Source: Podarcis gaigeae (Eukaryota). From it: a DNA stretch of 64,000 nucleotides. Each line of letters starts with the position of its first letter. Position 1 is the first letter of the stretch. Made by a program: the position numbers and the translations under genes. Where the stretch lies: NCBI GenBank assembly GCA_964106915.2, contig OZ066924.1; one strand, written 5' to 3'. The notes beneath the pieces were generated by a model. That model had not been told where the DNA came from. It saw only the letters and a list, made by a program, of their open reading frames with translations, and did not search any database. This document shows positions 50,809 through 62,820 of this stretch, piece after piece.

Positions 50809-52519
50809 ACAACTTAATACAACTTGCATAGTTTTAGAAGTTCCACACCCATCTTTGTCACATTTTGCAACCTAATTTGCAACAAATTATTTTTATACCT
50901 AACACCAACAACATTCTTAACACCATTCACTTTTGCCATCTGCCTTGTTCTCCTCTATTCACTTGTTGACCAATTTTCAGTCTATCTAGTAAAATGAATA
51001 AGGTAATTCCCAGCTTTCAGCGACTCTTGTCAATATTGACGCTGCCAGTGAAATTCAATAATCTAGACGGGCTCCCTGCTGTTTCATGTTTTGTATAGTT
51101 AAGGTAGGGTACCCAACTGCTTGCTTATTACATTTTGTAAACTGGTTTCGCTCAGACTGGTCTGGAATACTGATATTGTGGTGAATGTATCCATATTCTG
51201 CACTATGGGCCTTTGTGCCTGACACCTCAGGTCAGACAGCTCAGAATTAATGATAAGATTTAAAAACTAATAGGGTGTTATTTATTACACTGGCCCTGCT
51301 TGAGTGAATTCGCTTCCAGTGAACTAATGTGATCAGTAGAGATGTATGATAAATTCTCTCTAGCCAATTCACCCCCACCCCACCAGTTTTGGGGAAGTAG
51401 GTTCAGAATTGCATGCCCTTGTTTGTGGAGTTACACCACTGCATTAGCAACTTGCCATTCTTCTGTTGTTTTTTTTAATTTGATGCTATCTTCAGACTAT
51501 TGCCCACTTTGCCCAGGTTACCTGTGTACAGCAGCACTTATGTATATTTATTAAAATGATGACAAAAGGGAGTCTTGATATGACCAAGATTCCCTTTTAC
51601 ATGTTTTCAGTCAATATATACATATATTGAGGGACTTCGGGACAAGAGGAGGAAGTAACTATATCCTGAAAACTATGGCAAACTGTGCTTCTGCCAGTTA
51701 TAAAATTAATTTTAAAATTCTCGAGAAATAATATCAAAGTGAGGGACATCCAGTCTTCTTTCATCATTCACAATTGATTGCCATCTGGTTTTTGGTTTAT
51801 TTTTGTGCATCTTTTGCATTAAACTCTGCAAATTAGTGCTTTATACTATGTAAGCTCTCTTATCTTCACTTCAGTCTCCTGCCAAAGAAGTTGGGGAAAG
51901 CGCAGCTAGGCTCATTTGGTGTTTTTGATCTAACAGGCAGGTCTCTTTTTTCCTCTTCTTTAGAATACTCTGCATTTATCTTTGACTTCTGGTGATTTCT
52001 TTCTTGCTCAAATTGGTATTGTATCAAAATGTGAGTGAATGGCAGCCAGAACGTACATTACGGGCTGTGGGCAACTAACGTTAATTTCAGCACTCTAAAA
52101 TCTTTTGGCAAGAGATTTCAAAGGAGTAATATTGTTGCTGTAACAATGCTGTACCATCTTTATCCTATTACAGAACTGAGAGGGACCCCATGCAGTTGAG
52201 CAAAGGATACACAGGAGGCATTGTTTTGAAAAGCAACCTTTCTGGCAGCTTGTAGAAAAATACATTTCGGATTGGAGGGAAAGGATGATATAACTCCAAA
52301 GATTTGCACACAACTGCAGGAGCAGCTGAATGAAAACTCAGCTGGAAAGAACAAAGAGTGAGAAGAATCGAGCAACAAGGCTTGTTTCACCATAGAATCA
52401 ATCTCCCCCCAAAGTGAATATCTGTAGCCGTAAAAATAGTTAGGCTGCTATCTTAGCCCCACTTAACCCGGAAGAAGCCCGTACAGAATTCAGTAGACAT
52501 GGTTAGTATTGTAGCCTTA

Positions 52520-52677
52520 GTCATTGACTCAGTGGGTCACTGCATCTGACTGTTAACCAGAAGGTTGTTGGTTTGACCCCACCCAGGGATGGCTGTGGGC
52601 AGGATTCCTGCATTGTAAGGTGTTGGACTAGATGGGGCTCAGGGTGCTCTTCCAACTCTACAATTCCATAATTCCAT
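52520..52677 (+). mobile_element. tRNA-Asn-headed, CR1-tailed SINE
   Basis: CTGTTAACCAGAAGGTTGTTGGTTTGACCCCACCCAGGGATG matches tRNA-Asn(GTT); tail GATTCCTGCATTG..GTTGGACTAGATG..CTTCCAACTCTACAATTC. Confidence 0.82.
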
Positions 52678-55600
52678 CTGAGCAACCCAACTTTTCATGC
52701 AAAACTACGAAGAATGCTAGTGAGCCTTCTGTGATGGTCACATTTCCTGCACATACCTCCTTGTATTCATGGAAACCGGTGGGTTGCTTGTTCTCTGGAT
52801 CACATAGTTATGTTTTGCAGATGTTGAATTGCTTTCATGTTAACTGGGAATCAATAAAAACATAGGGTTGTAACTAAGTAAATCTTTGTGAATGTGGAAC
52901 AACACCTGCAAGGACACGCCCTCGCAGATTTGCTCTGACGGTTCCAAACCAGGTCCGAGAGATATATTAGCACAACCCAAATCTATGGATGAAATAAATA
53001 TTCCAGACCGTCCAGAAGGATGCAATGGCAGATACAAAGGGAAGCTTGTTAACGTTGTCCAGTTGTAATGCTCAGCTGGAATAGTTTGGACAATAACTTA
53101 CTGTAGTTGCCACCCATCTTAGAGACCAGGTGCCTCATTGCTAGAATTGTAGGAAAGATGATACATGTGTTGATGGAGATAAAGAGGAAGGCTCTGCATA
53201 TCTGTGACAGCTACATACTCATCAAGTCTGCACAGCACTGCCTTAGTGATGAATGGCTTTCCCAGATGTTGTGCTTGGGCTCCAGTTTGACCTGTGTGAT
53301 TCATTCATTTCCACAAGGTAGCTGTCGTATGTTGCTATTTTATGTCGTAGCTTTTAAGGACCTTTGTGCTGTGCCCAGAGAATGGAATGAAAGGAACAGA
53401 TGAAAGGTCTGAGGGGAAAGGACACATTTGGGACCTCTGACTTTGGTGGAGGTCAATGTGTTTGCGTTAAGACAAGTAAGAGAAAAAAAAAGAGAGCAAA
53501 TTATTCACCGTATGTTGTTTTCCAATCCAGACTAATCACTACTACAAAAAATATATCTATCTATCTATCTTGTGATATGCTTGCTTGGTGCCATCTGTCC
53601 CTCTCTGTGGGGAAGGCACAGACTAAGCTGGAAAAATAAGTGGCTGAGGGGATACTGGGGGTTTGTGACCTAGAATCTACAGCTTACAAACCGATTTCTC
53701 TGCAGATCCTCAGTCTTCATAGGATTAGGTGGTATATACCTTCTGTCCCTCCGTGTGGCTTTAAAAACCAAGAAAAAGTATATCTGGAAGAACTCCCTTT
53801 GGCTAGAGATGTGCCTAGTTTTACGTCTCTTGCTACAGTCCTATATATAGTTGAGCTCAATGCAACTCACTTCTGAGTGAGCATGAATAGCATCACACTA
53901 TAATAACAAAAGTTAATAGCAATACATTAACTCTCATAGCTATGTTTTTTAAATGCAATTCTTTTACAGAAAAGCTTTGTAATGTTTAATTGGAAGAGTG
54001 CTACCAGTTCTTATTTTCAGGTAATTCAACTGTTTATTTCCATTCAATAGGATCTGAATAACATGCTCCTAGCTAGAACTGAGGGTACTGTGATTCAAGG
54101 CCACAGTCATTCTGTCATTTTTTAAAAAATATATATTTTAAAGGAGGACGTGTTACTATAGGGTGATGTTTACCCTGCTCCTCTCCATAGCTATGTGGTA
54201 GAGTTGTCACTTAAACAGGTAGATAAAATGCTAAATGAGAGTCCTAAATAATGTGAGGGTGGGAGTATTTAAGTACCATCCTGTTTGACATTCCATTTAC
54301 ATTCCTTAGTGTGGGAACTTCTGAAATGCATATTGTAGCTTAACAATACTTATTCTTTCACCAGGCTGATAGTAAAGTGTAGAACTGAGGAATGCAAATT
54401 AATTTATTAAGTAGGTAATTTCTTGCACCGTTAAAAATTTGATTACAGACAATAAATAAGCCTCATTCTTCTTCTTGTAGGACTAATATAATGATTTTAT
54501 AATTTTAGCCTTACGCTCTTTGTTTATGTTGTTGGAAATATGTTCATCGACTGCTGATTTGAATTTGCGGAGAAGTGTAGGAATGTTATTCAATTATGTG
54601 CTTTGAACAGTCTCTAGATAGCATTTTCGAAAAGTCATGTCAGCACACTGAAATGCTATGGTAGCATGAAGGGTATATTGAAATAATGTATATAAATAGA
54701 CATATTGTAGAAGCATGACTACTCAGGTCTTTCATGCCCAAAATTCTTCTCATCCTTATGAATGTAGAGGTCAGTCCTCAGCCCCCCCCTTTAGCACTGA
54801 AGAATTCTGCTTTTCGGTAGGAAGGATCGGGGTTTCAGCCATGTCTTCAAAACAGTTTTTACTTTTGTCCTGAACAGCTCCCACCCTAAACTCAGGCAGC
54901 ACCATTTAAGTGCAAGGCCTTCACATTACAGATAGGTGGAAGGGGGATATTCCTTTGGCTTAGATAATGCATAGTGCAGGCAGCCCAAAGATGCATGCAG
55001 TCATGACTTCTCACAACAAACCGTTACAGTTAAGTAAATGCAATGGTCAGTGCTAAATCTGCCAAAGGAAATTCACAGTTATGACTGAAAATCTAGGTTG
55101 ATGCAGCAGCCTTAAGTTAAATACACTTAACACATATCATTTTAATAACTGTGATAAAATAGGCTTGCTAATATCAAATTATCAAATTTTCTTTAAAAGG
55201 GAAAAATGTTTTAGCCATTTTTTGGTTTAATTTCCCATAATATTAAGCGGCAGGGGCATGCAGCTTCTGTTTTCCCAAGCCAGGTTTCCCAGGTTAGCCC
55301 ATCTCTGAATCATTCCAAGCCAAACTGTGCTGTTTTCCCAAGCGCTGAATTAGGGTTTGAACTGGACCTTGTTGCCTGTGCGCACCTCTGATTCATGACT
55401 ATCTGCAATTTCTCCTGGAAGGTTTGGGCCACTTTAGTCCTATTCACGACAGCAAAAGAACTTGTGAGGGCTTAAATCGTGGAGCAAGGAGCATTCATGT
55501 ACACATAGCCACTGCCTCCAATGTTTCTGCATGCAGTGGGCATACATGCTTCACATAGAGCTGGAAGATATGGAAGGGACTTGTAAGCACGTTCAATTAA

Positions 55601-56068
55601 ATGCACTTCAAACTCTGAAGGTCAGGATACTCCCCCTCCTCGATTTAAGTCCTTATATTCTTTGGAATGCATGAATAAGGCTTTTGTGTGGCCTTTCTCC
55701 ATCTATGGCACTTAGTGAAAAGCCCACAGTGCTATATGCAGACCTTATCACACCTAGCTGGTGTGAAGAAATATAGTTTCAGAACACTGTGAAAACACTT
55801 TCTGTTTACTTCAGCATAGCCTTGTGATTTATGAAGCATCAAAGTAACTTGGCTCAGAAGAAACCTGGTATTTACATGTGTGTTTTGTTACGGCTGGGTC
55901 ATTGCTGACGTTGAAATGGTTTGGCAGTCCCTCTGTGACTAAACCTTAAAAAGGGTTCCCAAGTTTAAGCATTTGTGTTGTGTCATAGCTGCACTCTTCA
56001 TCTAGCTTGGTACTGGCAGCAGAACAGCATTTATGGTTCAAAGCAGGGTAGGAAGAAACACACTGTAG

Positions 56069-56214
56069 CAGTGGCGTAGCGTGGGTTGTCAGCACCCAGG
56101 GCAAGGCAAGTAATTTGCGCCCCCTAACCTGTGGATTTGCGCCCCCTAACCCTAACCCCCAGTTGTTGCGCCCGGTGCGGCCGGCCCCTCCTGCACCCCC
56201 ACGCTACGCCACTG
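56069..56214. mobile_element. Young hAT MITE
   Basis: Perfect 17-bp TIRs CAGTGGCGTAGCGTGGG; perfect 8-bp TSD CACTGTAG at 56061-56068 and 56215-56222. Confidence 0.93.
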
Positions 56215-56403
56215 CACTGTAGGTTTTCTTCCCTTCATTAGTTTAGATTTTAGCGCTGCTGAACTGAACACGCTTCTAAAGTGTCTTCTCTGCTTTGTAA
56301 ATACCTAAGTGAAACTACTTTTTCAACCATCTACTCATGATTTGTTTATAAAGTAACTGACCCTTAAATATATTGGTTGGTTTTTGATACCTATAAATGA
56401 AAT

Positions 56404-56586
56404 GTTAGTTCAGCAGCAGAGCATCTTCTTTGCATGTAAAATAACTTAGGTTCAGTTCTCAGCATCACCAGGTAGGGATGGAAATGTCCCATCTCAGACC
56501 CTGGATACCCTTGCCAGTTAGTGCAAGCCACACTGAATGTGATGGACCAGTTGCCTGGCTCAGTATAAGACAGCTTCCTATGTGCT
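56404..56586 (+). mobile_element. Squam3-like SINE
   Basis: AGAGCATC..TTTGCATG head; CAGGTAGGG..ACCCTGGA..TGCCAGTTAGTG..GATGGACCA..CTCAGTATAAGACAGCTTCCTATG tail. Confidence 0.8.
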
Positions 56587-56754
56587 GTCTGTAACAGCGG
56601 TTGTTACTTTTTAAATGTAGAATCATGCTATTTGTATTTCACAGTAGTGTCTTTTGTATAAGGTTTTTCTTGGCGAAGGTATCCCCAAAACATTTTGAAG
56701 TAATTAATGTATTCTAGAAAACACTGAGCACTCTGATTGTTTGAATATGACTGG

Positions 56755-57018
56755 TGTTATGTACTGAAGTTCTCACCCTGGACCAGCAGGGGGATACTGT
56801 AGATAGTTTTCACTCAGGTCCACATATGCAAATAAGGGATCGAAAGTGACGTTCAGTGATTTGCTAGTTACAAAAAATGGTTACTGTTGCGTTCTAGTGG
56901 AGCTCTATATAAGCAGGCTGGCTGAAGCCTTCCGTTCAGTTCTGTTCTGGCCTGTGAATAAACAAGAGCTGTTTTAAGAATTGCTGTGTCGTCTGATATG
57001 TTCACCCACAACTTAACA
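56755..57018 (+). mobile_element. Solo LTR (probably Gypsy-type), copy 2
   Basis: TGTTA...TAACA ends; 5-bp TSD ACTGG at 56750-56754 and 57019-57023; TATATAA and AATAAA present. Confidence 0.92.
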
Positions 57019-59707
57019 ACTGGTGTGAAGTCATTTTGGCTGATAGAAAAGGCAGTGCTTGTGGTATGTGGTTGGTCAAACAGCTTTTCACTTTATGATG
57101 AAGAAAAGGATACTTGCATCTTTCATGGATGCCTGATGTGCCTATGGCTGCACATGCCAGTCCTGAGATAAATGCATGGACAACTGTTGCCTAGACATGT
57201 CATATTGTCTAAGCAAGCCTCCCCGGAACAGGGGAAACCTTAAAATATGTGTAGCGCCCACGTGGGCAGAGTGTGTTTATGTCTCATTTTGAGAACCATT
57301 GTGGTAAGTGTTGCATAACATGAAGTTACATTTCTGTATTTATTTATTTCAGACATTTTTATACCTCTTATCACCATAGTTTCTAAGTGATACAAAACGG
57401 ATACTGATTTGCTAAAAAAAATCAGAAAATCAGAAAAGCTTACTTAAAATGCCTGCTGATTTTTTTTTTTACAAGTCTTCGTCAGGCACTTGAGATTTAA
57501 CATGGCAGTTGATGCTGCTACTTGTCTCCAGTTGTGTGTGGGAGTTAAGGATGAAAAAATAGTCTGAAGTCAGTAGGAACTGATGCTTAACACTTCAGTG
57601 CAATGAGAGTACTTATTTTGGTGCAAAATGAAAAGCACAGCCTCTAAGCTAATGTAACGACACACCAACGGAGGTAATATTTTCTTCAATAAATGTAAAG
57701 TCTGCTTAATACAATAGTTTGATTTATTAGTCAGAAAGACAGAGAAGGAAAGCATGCTCAGATTCTATGAGAGGAACAAAACTTGCTCTTGTGATTGCAT
57801 CCTATTAACTTGGAAAGAAAAACTAGTGCCTACCAATCCATATGAAGGGAATGTAACCCAGATATTGCAAAATCCAGAGTGTTAGTGCTAGAAATAGCAT
57901 GCCACCCCATCGCTCTTCGTAGCTATCCTGTTCAAAAGATTGCCTGCTAGGACCGTTGTGCGCTCACAGCATGGGGTTCTGTTGACAATGCTGCTTCTCA
58001 TTTTATTTAAACTGTGGTTTTCTCTCAGTTGCACTTTATGAAATCCCAGTCTGAGCGCTCGGGCTGCCATAGGTTATTGAAAGTGAAGCCTTTGCACCCA
58101 GCTGCAATTGCCTTTTTAAAGGAACTTTACTGGTGTAGTGACATGTACAACACATTTTCTCTCAGGGGAGCCGAGGCAAGTATTCTTGGCCAGTTAAGAG
58201 ATGCATTCTAGAAAGTGGTTACCAAAGCAGCTCTGTGAGAGCCAGAGAGCGAGTTAGGGGAGGCACTTGTTGCTGTCTGCAAGGTTTACAGTACCCTCTT
58301 GCTTTTCTAATTGGAACTAATTGGCTGAGGAAGCTATTTGTAATCTTTGAGTCATCCTGCTCGCTGCATTGTTCCAACCACTGCCTCTCCTTCCCCTATT
58401 AAATATGGTGAGTAGCACTCAGAGCTCTTGTGTCTCAAGAGATGGTATGTGCATTATCTGCAGTCCCTCAGCTACCAAAGACTTGTCAGTCACTCCGACC
58501 TCCAAGGACCTCTGTCAAAGCCAGCAAACAAGGCACTGGGGTCTGAAATGGCTTTTTTATTTTCCATTCTGGGTTCCTACCCTTCTTTTTTTGTTGTAGG
58601 GAAAGAAGGGGGTGTAAGATTCCCTAATTATTTGGAAGTGTACGCAAACACTAAGAAGCATTAGGAACATCAAGTGGGGCTCTGCTTTTATTAACAAACC
58701 CTTTCTTCCCTAAATAGATGTCAAACATATTATTCTCTCTCAGACAGTTAACCTTTCATCTCTCCTGTAAGAAAAAAAAAATCCACTCTGTGCCAGGCTT
58801 ATTTGCTATTTAAAATAGTTTAAAGTAAGTTGGGGGTGGGGGAATGTCATTTACAGTGACACTCACTTTTCTTTCCTTTCTTTTTTTAAAAGTACCTTTC
58901 AGCATTGCGATTTGTGTTCTGGGTTTTTTAGAGGTACATTTCATAAATGTCACTCCCAATAGTGGCCTCTACCTTCCACAAAATACCACAAGAAAATCCA
59001 AAGGGAGCCAGCAAGGCTGAGCAGGACCTCCATCCTTTTCCCATGCTCACATGAACTGCACATAGATGTAAAGATCTTTCTGTTTCAATGCATAAGTCGT
59101 TTCCCCAGTTCTGTTGAAGGCAGAGCACCTCCATTTATCTCTTTTCTCCCTGTGCAAAATATCTAATGTGACTTAATTATTAACCCCCCCAAAAAATTAT
59201 TTTACAGAGCTGTGGGGAGGGACTTGGGGAAGCATTAAAATTACTTCTTCAACACAGACCGCTATTTCGTATCAGTTTCCCTTATCTTTTTCCTCCTGCC
59301 TTTCCCCAGTATTTCTGTTGTCTCTTTTCTGCTGTTTGAGAGCTATCAGTGATGCGGTATTAATGGCTGCATTGATATCAGTGAGGATAGGATCTGAACC
59401 AGTAGGTTCGAACTACAATAAAAAGATTTAGACTATACATTAGGAAGCAATTCCTGAAGTTACAAGTTCAACCGTGGATGAGACTACTTCAGAAGGTGGT
59501 GGGCTCTTCTTTAAGTAAGGTCTGGGTGACTGTGTTTCAGGCTTGTTGTAGGAGTAGATTTCTAGCATCCAGAGGTTGGTCACAGACTGGATGACTTCTG
59601 AAGGCGCTTCTAAATTTGATTCTCTAACACCGATCATGGTAGCACAACCACATTTCTAACCATGCATGAAACTGCTGTTTGATACTAGTTGTGTTAATAA
59701 TAATAAT

Positions 59708-60467
59708 TGTCAGGACTGCCGCTAGGTCCCAGCTCACAGAGGACCAACGCCCAGTGGATATTATATACAAAAGTCTTTATTGAAGTTTAGTTTCCATTTC
59801 CAAGCTCTGGGCGCGCAGGCCCACGTCTTAACGCTAGACCGGCTAAGTCCCCTCTGACTCACTGCTCCACCCACACCAGTTTAAGATTCTAGCCCGGCTC
59901 CACCTCTTGCGCTGCTCTTTCCTGCGTTGGGTCCTTCTGCCCTCTGGGGTTCCCTCCTTCCTGGACTCCTCTGACGCGGAGCCTCCTGAGTCTTGCCCCT
60001 CCCTCCGGCGGGCTTTAGGACCTGGCTCCCTTCCCGGGCTCCCCGCTGTGCCGCGCTCCTGTACATTTGAACTTGGCGCGCGCGCCCAGCCGGTGACTTT
60101 CCTTCTGACCGTTTCCCCGCTTCCTGATGTGGGTGTTGCCAAACCTGACTCCTCTCCTCCCTCTGGTGGTGAGGACACTGGTCCCGACTCCTGGGACTCC
60201 CCCTCCCCACTGCGCTCTGGTGGAGACGCTGGCCCTGATCTCCAGCTGCTGTTCAGAGACTCCCCGCTGGCCCCTCCCTCTTGAGGTTTCTCCCTTGGAA
60301 TCTCCCTTGCTCTGGCCACCGGCGCTCCCTTCTGTGAGTCCTCCGATTCGCTAGAGAGGCTTGTGGAATAACTCTGGCCACTGTCACTGCCTGCGCCCCC
60401 CTCGTACTCCTCCTCCTCACTCTCCATTTGCTCCCCCTCCTGTGTCTCTCCTTCTGAACCCCTGACA
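59708..60467 (-). mobile_element. 760-bp solo LTR, GC/CpG-rich (young)
   Basis: TGTCAGG...CCTGACA inverted termini; 5-bp TSD ATAAT at 59703-59707 and 60468-60472; minus-strand TATA-like CTTAAA at 59885-59880 and AATAAA at 59781-59776. Confidence 0.92.
59843..60427 (-). CDS. Putative LTR (U3)-encoded 194-aa protein: acidic N-terminus, Ser/Pro/Gly-rich middle, Arg-rich C-terminus
   Basis: ATG at 60427 (MESEEEEY...); the frame is open from the LTR's 5' edge to the stop at 59843; contains RRTQRRKEQRKRWSRAR. Coding status is unproven. Confidence 0.4.
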   Translation of the reverse strand: MESEEEEYEGGAGSDSGQSYSTSLSSESEDSQKGAPVARAREIPREKPQEGGASGESLNSSWRSGPASPPERSGEGESQESGPVSSPPEGGEESGLATPTSGSGETVRRKVTGWARAPSSNVQERGTAGSPGREPGPKARRREGQDSGGSASEESRKEGTPEGRRTQRRKEQRKRWSRARILNWCGWSSESEGT

Positions 60468-61479
60468 ATAATAATTATTATTATTCCACTGAATATTAAA
60501 AACAATACAGCATCAGACATTAAAAACTTCCCGAAACAAGGCCGCCTTCAGTTGTCTTTTAAAAGTAAAATAGTTGTTTATTGCCCTGACATCTGCTGGG
60601 AGGGCGTTCCACAGGGCAGGTGCCACTACCGAGAAGGCCCTCTGCCTGGTTCCCTGTAACCTCACTTCTCGCAGTGAGGAAACTGCCAGAAGGCCCTCAG
60701 CGCTGGACCTCAGTGTCCGGGCTGGATGATGGAGGTGGAGACGCTCCTTCAGGTATACAGGACCAAGGCCATTTAGGGCTTTAAAGGTCAGCACCAACAC
60801 TTTGAATTGGGCTCGGAAACGTACTGGAAGCCAATGAAGATCTGGTGTTATATGGTCTTGGCAGCCTCTCCCAGTCACCAGTCTAGCTGCCGCATTCTGG
60901 ATTAATTGCAGTTTCCGAGTCACCTTCAAAGGTAGCCCCACGTAGAGCGCATTGCAGTAGTCCAAGAGGGAGATTTTGTGTTAATATCTGCAAGCACAAC
61001 ACTGCACCATAGTTTCCTCTAAAATTGAAAGGGGGGTGCAAGTCTCTGTGCTTCATGCAGACAATGTGGGGGGAAGCTTCAGGTTACTTTTGATTGGGAT
61101 TGGAACTGTTATGGTGGCTGCTCTGGCATGCAATAGTAGAAAAATTGAAATTGATTTGAGTGAAACAGTAGATCAAAAAATATGGCAAAAATTGATCACT
61201 TTAAGCCAAAGGACATTACGGTCCATAAAATAAACAGCACCCTGCTTGAATGTATGCATGTAGAAATACAAAAAATACATGTAGCAGTCACTTTTAGCAC
61301 CTTGGTTTTAAAAAGCGTGAGCGTGGTCATCAGGAAATAACAGTACAGGCATTTTAAATCAAAATAATAAATTAAATATCACTTGAGTCATCCAATTATT
61401 TTGTACACTAAGCTTGGATTTTCTTAGCTTCTAGGCAAATTTTGCATCTCCCAAGCACATCATTGCTTGCAATGAAAAT

Positions 61480-62820
61480 ACATATTTATTTTATTCAAAT
61501 TTATTTTTAAAATTTCTATCCTGACTATTTTGACAGACTCAAGGTGACTAACAAACAGTAATAAAACAAGTTTTTTTTTAAATCCCTAAAACAAAACTCT
61601 CAATAGACATTCAATGAATAATTATAAAAACATATCCAATCTGTATATCAAATTTCAGCAGCAGAAAAAAATAGCACAGATCTGAGGCAGCAAGACTACA
61701 TGATTAAGCAAAGGTCTTTTTTAAAAAGCAGGTCTGCACCAACCTCCTGAAGCAGTGTGGCTGCTTTGTGGGGAACCTTGCTTGGGAAGGGAGATATAAA
61801 TTTATTATGAATTCGTTAAAAAGTGAAGGGGCCACTTGATAGAATTTTCCATAGGGTAGATGGCACAAGAGAAAAGGGGCTGTACCCCTATTTTACACCA
61901 GTCACATCTCCTGACATTGAGGGACTTAGAACAGAGTCTCAGATGATAATCTGAGCATATGGAGAGGAACATCTGGGAAAGGTAGTTCCTAAAGTAGACA
62001 AGTGCCAAGCCAACAAGGGCTTTGAAGATTTAAGACCAGCACCTTGAATTGACCTGGGAACTAATCAGCAGCCAGTGCAAGACATAAAGAAATGGCACGA
62101 TAAATCAGACCACCTATCTCTTGCCAGCATTCTGGTGACAGCATTCTGCACTAATTGAGGTTTCTGAACATTTTCCAAGGGTAGCCCTGTATAGAACATG
62201 TTACAGCAGCCTAATCTGGAAGTCATTAAAGCAAGAACGCCCATGCCAAGGTCCACCTTCGTCAGCAAAGGCCATAGCTGGCGTACCATTTTAAACTAGG
62301 GAAAGCTGTAAATGGTTCATCTACTGACGGTTACTTGTTTGGACTGATTTTCAGATTGTTGTACCACACCTAGTCTTTCAGAACTGTCAAGCAGTGCTTC
62401 AGCATTTCAACTGCCTCCCTTCATATAAAAATGAAAGGTAAACATGGGTACCTGATGACTTCAGGAACCAAATTTCCATTTGACCTTCCCCAGCAGGTTC
62501 AGTGTTAAATAGCTCAGTGGGATAAGGTGGAACCTAATGAAACTCCCTTGGTGACATGCCATAGGGAAGAAGAGCAGTCTCCCAATACTACCTTCTGTGT
62601 GGTAAGAAATCCCTGGAATTCATCCCTGGAATCCATCACTTCAAGGTGACTCCAAAGGCCAATGGTGTCAAACCCTGCCAGGAGCCTACACACCCTCTTA
62701 TTGATTTTGTAGATCATCCACTAGGATGACCAAGGCAGTTTCCATGCTGAAACTAGGCTGAAGTCCAGTGTAGAAGGGATTTCAATCATTACTTTCATCC
62801 AAAGCTCTGGAGCTACATTA
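61480..62820 (-). mobile_element. Old, fragmented L2 LINE
   Basis: SRLGCCNMFYTGLPLENVQKPQLVQNAVTRML (62065-62289) and GVSLGSTLS (decayed GVPQGS, 62514-62717); L2-type tail near 61480-61560. Confidence 0.8.

Larger units (their letters stand above)
59700..60975 (-). mobile_element. 5'-truncated L2 LINE with a solo LTR inserted in its (ATT)n tail
   Basis: ORF 60513-60965 reads DYCNALYVGLP..LQLIQNAAARLV..LHWLPVRFRAQFKVL..RAFSVVAPALWNALP; 11-bp TSD TTGTGTTAATA at 59689-59699 and 60976-60986. Confidence 0.92.

Noticed and set aside
52520-52592. tRNA-Asn gene (and tRNA-Lys genes at 27405 and 49227)
   Set aside because: Stems and boxes are degraded and each is fused to a CR1 tail, so these are SINE heads rather than tRNA genes.
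25250-57018. Two homologous LTRs as the ends of one 31-kb provirus or giant element
   Set aside because: Each LTR has its own complete 5-bp TSD (GTAGG; ACTGG) and no gag/pol lies between them.
59907-60354. Plus-strand ORFs 59907-60284 and 60127-60354, and the shorter minus-strand ORFs in the LTR
   Set aside because: Shadows of a GC-rich, stop-poor sequence; they do not span the LTR and show no organised motifs.
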